From: an uncultured Vampirovibrio sp.
GTDB taxonomy: Bacteria; Cyanobacteriota; Vampirovibrionia; Gastranaerophilales; Gastranaerophilaceae
NCBI GenBank assembly: GCA_910579975.1
Contig: CAJTWU010000003.1
Location: 30,010 to 94,009 of the forward strand
Direction: 5' to 3'
DNA length: 64,000 nucleotides
Part shown: positions 9,490-18,570 of the stretch, one piece after another
Layout: every line of letters starts with the position of its first letter
Numbering within the stretch: position 1 is the first letter of the stretch
Program-made: the position numbers and the translations under genes
Notes under the pieces: model-generated
Seen by the model: the letters and a program-made list of their open reading frames with translations, nothing else
Database searches by the model: none
What the model was told of the DNA's origin: nothing

Positions 9490-10056
9490 TTATTTTGTAG
9501 TCTGTATAAACAAACTTATCAAATCATTCAGTGCTGAATATTGTTTCTGATAGCTTTGAGATTGCTTTTCAAGAGTAAGAATTTGTTTTTTGTATTCTTG
9601 AATAGAACCTTGACATTCTCTAGCAGAAACTTTTAAGCTTTCCTGAACTTGTTGAGCATCTTGCAAAACACTCTTCATTGAAATACCAAGAGCTTCCATT
9701 GTTTGCTTAATAATTTGAGCACCGGTGTGTCTAGAAACACCACTTGGTAATTGAGAAATAAGTTTTTTCAAAACTGCAATATTTGCAGGCATTTCAAATG
9801 CTTCAGCTGGTGTTTCCATCATTGGAGAAGATACAGGTGCTTCTGCAAAAATTGGAGTTTCTTCAACAACATCATCAAAAAAGTTAGTTTTTGCCGGTTT
9901 AGATGGTTCAGCAAAAAAATCTTCTTTCATTTCAAAGCTCTCATTATTTATCGGTTCATCAAAAAGTGAAGAGTTATTTTCTTCAGAAATATCTATACTT
10001 TCAGCTTGCTTTTTCAAAGCTTCAACAATTTTTTTACCAACACTTTCGTTACTCAT
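9490..10056 (-). CDS. hypothetical acidic protein with C-terminal coiled coil (188 aa)
   Basis: ORF with GAGGGAG RBS and its own sigma-70-like promoter. No recognisable domain. Confidence 0.6.
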   Translation of the reverse strand: MSNESVGKKIVEALKKQAESIDISEENNSSLFDEPINNESFEMKEDFFAEPSKPAKTNFFDDVVEETPIFAEAPVSSPMMETPAEAFEMPANIAVLKKLISQLPSGVSRHTGAQIIKQTMEALGISMKSVLQDAQQVQESLKVSARECQGSIQEYKKQILTLEKQSQSYQKQYSALNDLISLFIQTTK

Positions 10057-10093
10057 GGTTTTACTCCCTCGTAAATTTCTATTTTTTAACCCT

Positions 10094-10122
10094 ATTATAT
10101 GTTAAACATTTTTTAAATCCAA
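10094..10122 (-). promoter_or_regulatory. sigma-70-type promoter TTGGAT-N17-TATAAT
   Basis: -35 at 10117-10122 and -10 at 10094-10099 on the minus strand. About 38 nt upstream of ATG 10056. Confidence 0.5.
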
Positions 10123-10176
10123 CGAAAAACATGAATATTGTTATCTTTCGTAATATAATAATATGTGGAGGGATTT

Positions 10177-11202
10177 ATGGAAAAAGATATTGATTGGTCT
10201 AATTTAGGATTTGGTTATTTAAAAACTGATTACCGTTATGTTTCAAACTTTAAAGACGGTAAGTGGGATGATGGAGTTTTATCAACGGATGAAACTGTAA
10301 CACTTCATGAAAGTGCCGGAGTTTTACAATACGCTCAAACTTGTTTTGAAGGTATGAAAGCATATAGAACAGCAGATGGAAAAGTTGTTTGTTTTCGTCC
10401 TGATATGAATGCAAAAAGAATGGCAGATACTTGCCGTCGTCTTGAAATGCCGGTTTTTGATGAAGATAGATTTGTTGAAGCTGTAATTAAAGTTATAAAA
10501 GCTAATATAAACGCCGTTCCTCCTTATGGAAGCGGAGCTACATTATATTTAAGACCTTATATGTTTGCTTCAAACGCAGTTATTGGTGTAAAACCGGCAA
10601 CTGAATACCAATTCAGAATTTTTGCAACTCCTGTTGGACCTTATTTCAAAGGAGGAGTAAAACCAATTACACTAAGAGTTCCTGATTTTGACCGAGCAGC
10701 TCCCCGCGGTACTGGTCACGTTAAAGCCGGCTTAAATTACGCAATGAGTCTTCACGCTATAGTAGATGCACATAATCAAGGATTCAATGAAAACATGTAC
10801 CTTGACTCCGAAACAAGAACAAAAGTTGAAGAAACAGGCGGTGCTAATATAATTTTTGTTACAAAAGAAAACACTGTAGTGACTCCAAAATCAAGCACAA
10901 TTTTGCCTTCAATTACTCGTCGTTCTTTAATGTATGTTGCAGAACATTATTTAGGACTAAAAGCAGAAGAACGCGAAGTATATATGTCTGAAGTTAAAGA
11001 CTTTAAAGAATGTGCTTTATGCGGCACAGCAGCAGTACTTTCTCCTGTTGGAAAAATCGTTGACCATGGAAAAGAAATTGCACTGCCTTCAGGAATGAAC
11101 GATATGGGTGAAATTACCAAAAAGCTTTATGATACTTTAACCGGTATTCAAATGGGAAGAATTGAAGCTCCTGAAGGATGGATAAAGGTAATCAATGAGT
11201 AA
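10177..11202 (+). CDS. ilvE: branched-chain amino acid aminotransferase (class IV)
   Basis: Class IV aminotransferase layout. ATG 10177 follows GGAGGG. The track ORF starts at GTG 10165. Confidence 0.9.
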   Translation: MEKDIDWSNLGFGYLKTDYRYVSNFKDGKWDDGVLSTDETVTLHESAGVLQYAQTCFEGMKAYRTADGKVVCFRPDMNAKRMADTCRRLEMPVFDEDRFVEAVIKVIKANINAVPPYGSGATLYLRPYMFASNAVIGVKPATEYQFRIFATPVGPYFKGGVKPITLRVPDFDRAAPRGTGHVKAGLNYAMSLHAIVDAHNQGFNENMYLDSETRTKVEETGGANIIFVTKENTVVTPKSSTILPSITRRSLMYVAEHYLGLKAEEREVYMSEVKDFKECALCGTAAVLSPVGKIVDHGKEIALPSGMNDMGEITKKLYDTLTGIQMGRIEAPEGWIKVINE

Positions 11203-11671
11203 ATGCAAAAGCTTTGCACCTGCAATTAATGAAAATTCTAAGATATTAATCCTTGGCTCAATGCCGGGGATTAAATCTTTAGAAGAAACACACTACTACG
11301 CTCATCCTCAAAACAGATTTTGGAAAGTTATGAGCGTTTTATGCAATACTGATATGGTTTCAATGGATTATCAAACCCGCATTCAGACACTTCTTGATAA
11401 TAACTTTGCACTCTGGGATGTTATAAAATCATGCAAACGAGAGGGAAGTCTTGATTCTGCTATCGAAAATGAAAAACCAAATAATATAAAAGCTCTTTTA
11501 AAAAAATACCCTAATATTGAAACTATATACCTTAACGGTAATAAAGCTTATTCTGCATTCAAAAAACATTTTCCCGACTATTTACCTCTTTGTAGAAAAA
11601 TGCCTTCTACAAGCCCCGCAAATGCACGTTTCCAGTTGGAAAGCCTTTTAAAAGAATGGAACATTTTGTAA
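11195..11671 (+). CDS. DNA-deoxyinosine (hypoxanthine) glycosylase, UDG superfamily
   Basis: ILILGSMPG...HPQNRFW...LWDV motifs of the small UDG-family glycosylases. 158 aa. Confidence 0.7.
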   Translation: MSKCKSFAPAINENSKILILGSMPGIKSLEETHYYAHPQNRFWKVMSVLCNTDMVSMDYQTRIQTLLDNNFALWDVIKSCKREGSLDSAIENEKPNNIKALLKKYPNIETIYLNGNKAYSAFKKHFPDYLPLCRKMPSTSPANARFQLESLLKEWNIL

Positions 11672-11683
11672 CAAATTGTAAAC
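11667..11683 (+). promoter_or_regulatory. upstream direct-repeat module TGTAACA-AAT-TGTAAAC
   Basis: Shares the 17-mer TTGTAACAAATTGTAAA (11666-11682) with 3262-3278. Followed after 15-16 nt by TTTAGA-N16-TATAAG (11699-11726). Confidence 0.35.
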
Positions 11684-11772
11684 AATAAGTCAATTTAATT
11701 TAGACAAATAACTTTATAAATATAAGGTTAAATTAGGTTACATTTTAAGGTTAATTGGAAAGGCAGGTTATC

Positions 11773-12894
11773 ATGTCAGGTTCTTATGCTATTGATACAA
11801 TTGGAGCAAATCCGTATTTAATGAATACATGGAATTATCCAAATCCATATTACATTCAGACTCCTGATACTACTTCAACAACCGAGACAAGTACAGACAC
11901 ACCCGTTGTTCAAAGAAAAAAAGCAGATAAAAAAGATAATTCAACCGCAAAACTAGTTATTGGAACTGCTATTACATTAGGTGCAGCATATCTCTGCAGA
12001 AAAGCATATTGTACAGGCACCGGAAGCGGAGTATTTGAAAAAATTGGAAACGGCTTCAAACAATGGGGACAAAATATTACCAGCTGGGGTAAAGGAGTAA
12101 AGGACAAAGTTATTCCATCTGAAAAATTCAGCGTATCACAAATAGGCGATGAAACAGTTTGTACTATACCGGGAAAGAAAAATTACATTAAGGGAACCAC
12201 AACAAATATCTCGTCCCAAGCTGAAAAGTTAGGCATTTCAACAGAATTAGCTGAATTGACAAGCAAGAACTCTAATATTCTTTCATATACTATTAAAGAT
12301 GCCGGAAATATAATTAATGTTCGTGGTGGTAATATTGTAGGATTTAAAAATTCAGCCGGAGAAACTATCGATATCAAAAAATTAACAGCACCAATGACAG
12401 AAAGCGATATTGCATACAGTAAGTCAATAAAAGAACTTATTGAAAAAGTTGGGAAACGTGATGCAAATGTATTAAATCAGCTTGAAAATGTTTACTATAC
12501 ACAAACAGCAAACGGTACAACACGCCGATTTGTAGCAAATGCTGCAAACCCTGATAAAAATGGTCTTCGCGGAGTCATAACTAACAGATTTGGAATTGGA
12601 ACGGATACTGTTAAACAATACAGACAACATAATGAAAGTGTAAGCAAAGCACTTGATGCATTAAAAGAAGGTAAAACAGAGGCACTTAAAATTGCTGAAG
12701 CACAATGTGAAGTAACAGGACTTGGTAAATTCAAAATTGTAAATGGTGAAGTTGTAGGAATTACAGTTGGCGATACTTATTATGCAAAAGGTAGTGAAAG
12801 ATTTGATGCTTTGCTATTTGACCACAAAGAAGCCTTCGAAAATGTACTAAAAAACAAAGAACAATATACAGATATAGTTTATCATATGGCATAA
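11773..12894 (+). CDS. hypothetical membrane-anchored protein (373 aa)
   Basis: ATG 11773 after GGAAAGGCAGG. The track starts at TTG 11755. Aromatic/N-rich N-terminus, one TM segment (LVIGTAITLGAAYLC) and a large C-terminal domain. Confidence 0.65.
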   Translation: MSGSYAIDTIGANPYLMNTWNYPNPYYIQTPDTTSTTETSTDTPVVQRKKADKKDNSTAKLVIGTAITLGAAYLCRKAYCTGTGSGVFEKIGNGFKQWGQNITSWGKGVKDKVIPSEKFSVSQIGDETVCTIPGKKNYIKGTTTNISSQAEKLGISTELAELTSKNSNILSYTIKDAGNIINVRGGNIVGFKNSAGETIDIKKLTAPMTESDIAYSKSIKELIEKVGKRDANVLNQLENVYYTQTANGTTRRFVANAANPDKNGLRGVITNRFGIGTDTVKQYRQHNESVSKALDALKEGKTEALKIAEAQCEVTGLGKFKIVNGEVVGITVGDTYYAKGSERFDALLFDHKEAFENVLKNKEQYTDIVYHMA

Positions 12895-12907
12895 ATATCA
12901 ACCAAAC

Positions 12908-12958
12908 GAGGGGAAATACCCTCTCGCATATGAGAGGGCGGCTCAGTAGAGCCGCCCT
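12908..12958. terminator. convergent terminator region (nested GC-rich hairpins)
   Basis: AGGGCGGCTC-AGTA-GAGCCGCCCT plus the overlapping CCCTCTC/GAGAGGG hairpin, between convergent genes. Confidence 0.7.
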
Positions 12959-12972
12959 TATATTATTTATAC

Positions 12973-13548
12973 CTAAAATTCAACTTTTGGTGCTGCTTTT
13001 TCAGCCTCACTTATTTCAAAATACTCTCTTTGCTTAATCCCTGTTATGCCTGCTACAAGAGATGTTGGAAAAGTTCTAATCATAGCATTTATTGATTTTA
13101 CACTTTCATTATAATCTCTTCTTGCAACTGTTAAACGATTTTCGGTTCCTGCAAGTTCATCTTGTAAACCAATAAATGATTTATCAGCCTTCAAATTAGG
13201 ATAATTTTCTACGACAACAAGCAATCTTCCCAATGCACTATTCAATTCATTATTACTACGCTGAACAGCTTTAACATCATTAGCACCCATTGCTCCAGAA
13301 AGTTTAGCTCTCGCCTCTGCTATATTTGTAAAAATTTCATTTTCATGTGCAGCATAACCTTTAACAGTATTAACAAGGTTAGGTATCAAATCATTTCTAC
13401 GTTTAAGTTGATTTTCCACCTGTGCCCAATTAGCAGAAACAGCTTCATCCATAACTTGTAAACGGTTATACGTTCCCACAAAAAAGCTTGCAATTCCTAG
13501 TATTATAAGAATTACTATCCCTAAAATTACAAATCCAAATTTTCCCAT
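12973..13548 (-). CDS. lemA: LemA family protein
   Basis: N-terminal TM segment and a LemA-like sequence (NRLQ...QVENQLKRRNDLIPNLV). Confidence 0.9.
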   Translation of the reverse strand: MGKFGFVILGIVILIILGIASFFVGTYNRLQVMDEAVSANWAQVENQLKRRNDLIPNLVNTVKGYAAHENEIFTNIAEARAKLSGAMGANDVKAVQRSNNELNSALGRLLVVVENYPNLKADKSFIGLQDELAGTENRLTVARRDYNESVKSINAMIRTFPTSLVAGITGIKQREYFEISEAEKAAPKVEF

Positions 13549-13576
13549 AAATTACTCCTTTATTTAACTTTTAACT

Positions 13577-14227
13577 TTACCATCTTCTGCCGGCTCCGCC
13601 TCCTCCGAAGCCGCCGCCACCGCCAAAACCGCCAAAATAGGTTCCACCGCCTCTGCCGCCGAAAAACCCGCCAAATAAAAACCATAACAAAAGAATTAAA
13701 AATATATAACTTATATCCGGTTCTTGATAAATTGGTCTTTCAGCTCCTATTTTTACTCCGTATGAGTCCGCTACATCAAGTGCTAATGCTGTTGTACCGG
13801 CATAAATTCCTTTTTCGTATTCATTTTCTTTGAAATAAGGTATCATATAATCATCCAAAATGCGTCCGGCATGAGCATCAGTTATAGCACCCTCCAAGCC
13901 ATAACCAATTTCAATACGGGCTTCTTTGTCCTTAGGAACTACAAGAACTAAAGCTCCATTATTGAGGTTTTTATCACCTAATTTATATTCCCGAGCGATA
14001 TTTAAAGCTACTTCATCAATCGGACGATTATTCAAAGATTTTAAAGTTACAACTGCAATATCAGCCTTTGTTTTCTGCTGCAAATCGTACAAATAAGAGT
14101 TTATAACAGCTTCTGTATTTGAAGATAATACATCGGCTTCATCTGCTACAAATCCATTGAAATTAAGTGCAAACGCAGAAAGAGAAGCAGTAAAATAAAT
14201 TATTAACAACAGAAAATTTCTGAACAT
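13577..14227 (-). CDS. TPM-domain protein (YgcG-like) with Gly-rich tail
   Basis: Signal peptide, TPM phosphatase-like domain, TM segment and a GGFGGGGG tail. This is the usual partner of LemA. Confidence 0.85.
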   Translation of the reverse strand: MFRNFLLLIIYFTASLSAFALNFNGFVADEADVLSSNTEAVINSYLYDLQQKTKADIAVVTLKSLNNRPIDEVALNIAREYKLGDKNLNNGALVLVVPKDKEARIEIGYGLEGAITDAHAGRILDDYMIPYFKENEYEKGIYAGTTALALDVADSYGVKIGAERPIYQEPDISYIFLILLLWFLFGGFFGGRGGGTYFGGFGGGGGFGGGGAGRRW

Positions 14228-14275
14228 AATGATTATTATGTTCTGAATAGTAATTTTAGTATATTAATAAGTTGA

Positions 14276-15277
14276 CTATATCCAGGCTCCGCCAAGCAAA
14301 TGCCCGTCATTAATATCATATAAAACACATGCCTGACCTTTGGTTACAGCAGAAACAGGTTCTTCAAAGGTTATTTTTCCACCATTAATTTTCGCCTTAA
14401 CAGCCTTCATATTATATCTTATTTTCACAAGAGCTTCAAAATCCTCATCAGCCCAATTAAAATCACTTAAATTAATTTCTTTAGTAAACAGTTCTTCTTT
14501 TGAACCAACATAAACAGTATTTGATTGAGGCTCAATGCCAATAACATACAAAGGTTCAGGAGCGGCAATTCCAATTCCTTTCCTCTGTCCGATTGTATAT
14601 TGCCAAAATCCGTTATGTTTACCTAAAACTTTACCCGTGTTTTTTTCCACAAACACACCTTCTTTATCACCAAAAGTATTATTCAAATATTTTTTTGTAG
14701 TCATTGGAGCTTTAATAAAACAAATATCTTGACTTTCTTTTGATGATTTTGGAGGTAAATCAAATTTCTCTGCTAAAGCACGAACTTCATCTTTTTTGTA
14801 TTTTGATAGCGGGAATAATGTCTTTTCCAATTTATCACTATCAAGCATAAACAGAAAATATAACTGATCTTTATGCTCGTCCGAAGCCGGATATAACTTC
14901 CCGTTTTTAATATTTGCATAATGTCCTGTCGCAATATAATCCGCACCAAGCACATTTATTGCATAATCAAACAAACATCCCCATTTAATATACTTATTAC
15001 ACATTATACATGGATTTGGGGTTTCTCCGTTTGCGTATGAATTTTCAAAATACTTAATAACTTTTTCGTCAAATTCTTTAGTTGCATCATAGGCATAGTG
15101 TTGAATACCAAGTTTATCAGCTACGTTTTTAGCATTTTTTAAAACAGTCGCAAAATCATCAGAACAGGTCATTTTCCCAGTAATTCCAATAACTTCATAA
15201 CCTTCATCAAGCAAAAGCTTGGCGGTGACTGCACTGTCAACACCACCGGAAAGAGCAACCGCAACTTTTTTATTCAT
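14276..15277 (-). CDS. mnmA: tRNA 2-thiouridine(34) synthase
   Basis: PP-loop motif VALSGGVDS with MnmA layout. I use ATG 15277 (MNKKVAV). The ORF extends to 15295. Confidence 0.9.
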   Translation of the reverse strand: MNKKVAVALSGGVDSAVTAKLLLDEGYEVIGITGKMTCSDDFATVLKNAKNVADKLGIQHYAYDATKEFDEKVIKYFENSYANGETPNPCIMCNKYIKWGCLFDYAINVLGADYIATGHYANIKNGKLYPASDEHKDQLYFLFMLDSDKLEKTLFPLSKYKKDEVRALAEKFDLPPKSSKESQDICFIKAPMTTKKYLNNTFGDKEGVFVEKNTGKVLGKHNGFWQYTIGQRKGIGIAAPEPLYVIGIEPQSNTVYVGSKEELFTKEINLSDFNWADEDFEALVKIRYNMKAVKAKINGGKITFEEPVSAVTKGQACVLYDINDGHLLGGAWI

Positions 15278-15989
15278 CCAAGAGCACCTTTTCACCGTAA
15301 GCAGTTAGTCTGTATTCACTAGCGCCTATCAACCCGGTCAAATCAGGAAGACATTCAATATAATCTCTATTAATAGCTTCTTGCAAAACACTATGGTCAA
15401 TAATTACTGCAATATTCTGCATTAGCTTAGCATTAAGCTGTTTAAGAGTAAATCTTGGTTTCTGCTCATACTGTGTAAAATAATATGCAGTTAAGAGCAA
15501 ATAATCAATTTTTCTTTCAATTTTTCTTGCGCTTATATAATTTAAGAATGCATTATCTTTTTTAATTGAAGGGCTTGTCTTAAACGACAACTCTGTTTGA
15601 GGATTATTCAAAGTATTTTCTAGAATATTATCAAAAACTCCGCCCTGTTCAGCTTTTTGTGCAACAGTTTCAACCGGAGGTGCATAAAAAATATCCAAAT
15701 CATTTTTAGGAACTTCGGCAACAGGTTTTGGAATTTCTTCTTGAACAACCGGTTCCTGTATTTCACGTTTGCGCGCAAGCTGTGCTTCAATATTTTTTTT
15801 AGTAATTTCCTCTTCTGCTTTAATTTGAGTATTTACAATATTTTTGCACTCTTTAGCTTTACGTGAACGAGCGTATTCGCCCGCTTGTTTTACCCATAAC
15901 TCAAACTGTTCAACAACAAGTTCTCTATCTGTAGTTGACAAATCAAGCTGATATTTACCTTTTTTAATTCTAAATGAATAAGTCGCCAT
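15270..15989 (-). CDS. hypothetical protein (239 aa)
   Basis: ORF overlaps the mnmA start by 8 nt. Its N-terminal ~35 aa resemble the upstream 40-aa ORF. Confidence 0.6.
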   Translation of the reverse strand: MATYSFRIKKGKYQLDLSTTDRELVVEQFELWVKQAGEYARSRKAKECKNIVNTQIKAEEEITKKNIEAQLARKREIQEPVVQEEIPKPVAEVPKNDLDIFYAPPVETVAQKAEQGGVFDNILENTLNNPQTELSFKTSPSIKKDNAFLNYISARKIERKIDYLLLTAYYFTQYEQKPRFTLKQLNAKLMQNIAVIIDHSVLQEAINRDYIECLPDLTGLIGASEYRLTAYGEKVLLDE

Positions 15990-15992
15990 ACA

Positions 15993-16115
15993 CTAATCCT
16001 GTTGGAGAAGTTCTTCTCTCCATTTATTAAGCTGTTCTTCTACAAATTCTAAATCATCGGATTTGAGTTCAATTTCAATATCGCCTTTTTTCATTTTAAA
16101 AACGTATTCGTGCAT
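15993..16115 (-). CDS. small hypothetical protein (40 aa)
   Basis: Own translation gives MHEYVFKMKKGDIEIELKSDDLEFVEEQLNKWREELLQQD. AAGGAGGA RBS. Below the ORF-track cutoff. Confidence 0.45.
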   Translation of the reverse strand: MHEYVFKMKKGDIEIELKSDDLEFVEEQLNKWREELLQQD

Positions 16116-16161
16116 AAATCCTCCTTAATAAATTGAGTTTACCATAAAAGGGAGTTTCTTA

Positions 16162-17394
16162 TCAAGTCTGTAAATATTTTTTACCAATCAGCTCATCAGG
16201 AAGGAATTGCTGATAAACATCAGGCGCCTCATGAGAATAAATATATCCTTCTCCAAACCCATATTTTTTAGCATCCTTATAATGTGCATCCCTCAAATGC
16301 ATAGGAGGAGGAAAATCCTTACCGGACTCAATATCCGCCAAAGCCATGTCAATCGCCATACAAACTTTATTTGATTTTGGAGCCCGCGCTACATATACTA
16401 CTGCATTTGCAAGCGGTATTCTCCCCTCTGGAAGTCCTATTATTTCAACAGCACGATATGCATCAACTGCAATTCTCATTGCTTCAGGATCAGCAAGTCC
16501 AACATCTTCTGCTGCACAGACGATTAGCCTTCTTGCAATAAATCTCGGATCCTCACCGGCTTCAATCATTTTTGCTAAATAATAAATTGCAGCATCAGGG
16601 TCTGAACCTCTTAAACTCTTCTGAAATGCCGAAGCACAATCATAATGTTCCTGTATAGAATATCTTGTATTCCTTTTTTGTGTAATACTTTCTAAGATTT
16701 CAATTGTCAATAACCTTGTATCTTTAGAAAAATTACTAGCAAAATAAGAATTTTCAACCATATTCAACGCTGTACGAGCATCACCACGAGCATTATTGAC
16801 AATAAACTTAACGACTTCTTCTTCATACTGAACAGGTTGATAATTTTTTTCCAGATACTCAAATCCTTTATTAACAATTTTTGCCATACTAATATCATTT
16901 ATCGGATTAAGCCTGATAACCTGAACACGCGAAATCAAAGCCGGTACAACCTGAAATGAAGGATTTTCGGTAGTAGAACCTATTAAAAATAAAGTGCCGT
17001 TTTCAAGATGAGGAAGCAAGGCATCTTGCTGGGTTCTAGAATAACGATGGATTTCATCAATAAACAAAATCGTTTTTTGTCCGGCTCTAAGCGCCTCACG
17101 AGCTTTTTCAACAGTTTCTTTAATCTCTTTTATGCCGGAGGATACAGCTGAAAGTTCAATAAATTGAGCTTCAACTTTAGTTGCTATAAGCCTTGCCAAT
17201 GTAGTTTTACCGCATCCGGGAGTTCCCCATAAAATAAGAGAAAACAGTCTTTGGGTTTTTAATAAATTTAAAAGCGGAGAATTTGGTGCTACAACATTGG
17301 ATTGACCTAAAAAATCATCCAGAGTTTTAGGACGCATAGTCTCTGCTAAAGGTTTTTGTTTATTTGCTTCTTCCAGTTGTGAAAATAAATCCAT
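16162..17394 (-). CDS. rarA: replication-associated recombination protein A (MgsA/RarA AAA+ ATPase)
   Basis: Walker A GTPGCGKTT, Walker B FIDEIH and an MgsA C-terminal domain. Confidence 0.95.
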   Translation of the reverse strand: MDLFSQLEEANKQKPLAETMRPKTLDDFLGQSNVVAPNSPLLNLLKTQRLFSLILWGTPGCGKTTLARLIATKVEAQFIELSAVSSGIKEIKETVEKAREALRAGQKTILFIDEIHRYSRTQQDALLPHLENGTLFLIGSTTENPSFQVVPALISRVQVIRLNPINDISMAKIVNKGFEYLEKNYQPVQYEEEVVKFIVNNARGDARTALNMVENSYFASNFSKDTRLLTIEILESITQKRNTRYSIQEHYDCASAFQKSLRGSDPDAAIYYLAKMIEAGEDPRFIARRLIVCAAEDVGLADPEAMRIAVDAYRAVEIIGLPEGRIPLANAVVYVARAPKSNKVCMAIDMALADIESGKDFPPPMHLRDAHYKDAKKYGFGEGYIYSHEAPDVYQQFLPDELIGKKYLQT

Positions 17395-17396
17395 AG

Positions 17397-18527
17397 TTAA
17401 TTTTGATAGTCTCTTAAAGGCGGACGATTTACATCATAATCGCCGTATAAATTATTCTTTCTAGTTCGTTTTATTTCAATAGGTTCAATTTGCGGTTCTT
17501 TTTTTATAAAAATTGCCTCTTTAATATTATTAGCACCGTTTTGAACTTTATTTTTAATCTCATTTATACCAACAGGCTTTGCTTCAACCTCCAGCGTTGC
17601 TTGATTTTTACGTTCTTTTCTTTCTTGCTGTGCCTGTTTAAATTGTTCTTTTTTCTTATCTATTTTAACTTTTGTATCTTCTTTAAAGACTTCATAATCA
17701 GCCTTTTTCTTAACATAAATTTTGTCATATTCTTTGCCTAAGTGCCTGTATTTTTTTGTAAATACATTATCAATATTACCCATATCATAATAAATCTGCT
17801 TAGACTCTTTTGCTAAAACATCTTCAGGAAGGATATTTGCTTGAACATTTTGTGCAATTTGAGGACAAATATATTTTGAGTAATCCTTAATTTTACTCAA
17901 TTGCTCTGTTTGAGGAGATGTTCCACGGGTAATAATACGGTTCTCACAAACACTAATTGTTTTGTAATAAGTATCTGACCATAGTTTTTGATTAGTGCTT
18001 GTGTCAACTAAAACAGCGTAAGTTGAAACTTTATATGCCGGATCAACTACTGTAGCACCGGGTATATTCAAAAAATCCCACGGTGTTCTTCTAAGAATAT
18101 AGTTTTCTGCATCAATATAAGATGTCATCAAGAGTACGTACCTTGAGTTGGTTTTATTTGCAAGTTTTTTTAATGCAACATAATCCAAATTATATGAAGT
18201 TCTAAATCTTGAAGTCATATTTTTAGCTGTAAGCATGCTTGAAGCATCTTTTTTTAAAAGACTGCGGGTTTCGCTAACAGAAGGAGCCTTAATAAAATCG
18301 GTAGTATTTAGAAGTGTTGCAACTTCATCCGCAAAAAATTCAGCAGAGGCATCATAAATATATGAATCTAATGCTGCATTTTCAGTTACAATATTGTCTG
18401 GAATAACCAAAACCCTATAATTCTCTGCAAATACTTGAGGTGCAAAGAAAACAAATATCCCAACTATCAATAATTTTACTAAATCTCTCACATCAGGATT
18501 ATAGCATAAATGCATGTTGTTATGCAA
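17397..18527 (-). CDS. hypothetical exported/membrane protein with Lys-rich C-terminal region (376 aa)
   Basis: N-terminal hydrophobic segment (LLIVGIFVFFAPQVFA). No recognisable domain. Confidence 0.6.
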   Translation of the reverse strand: MHNNMHLCYNPDVRDLVKLLIVGIFVFFAPQVFAENYRVLVIPDNIVTENAALDSYIYDASAEFFADEVATLLNTTDFIKAPSVSETRSLLKKDASSMLTAKNMTSRFRTSYNLDYVALKKLANKTNSRYVLLMTSYIDAENYILRRTPWDFLNIPGATVVDPAYKVSTYAVLVDTSTNQKLWSDTYYKTISVCENRIITRGTSPQTEQLSKIKDYSKYICPQIAQNVQANILPEDVLAKESKQIYYDMGNIDNVFTKKYRHLGKEYDKIYVKKKADYEVFKEDTKVKIDKKKEQFKQAQQERKERKNQATLEVEAKPVGINEIKNKVQNGANNIKEAIFIKKEPQIEPIEIKRTRKNNLYGDYDVNRPPLRDYQN

Positions 18528-18570
18528 TTTTATTTTTGATATTATGTATTGAAATTAGAGGAAAATATAC

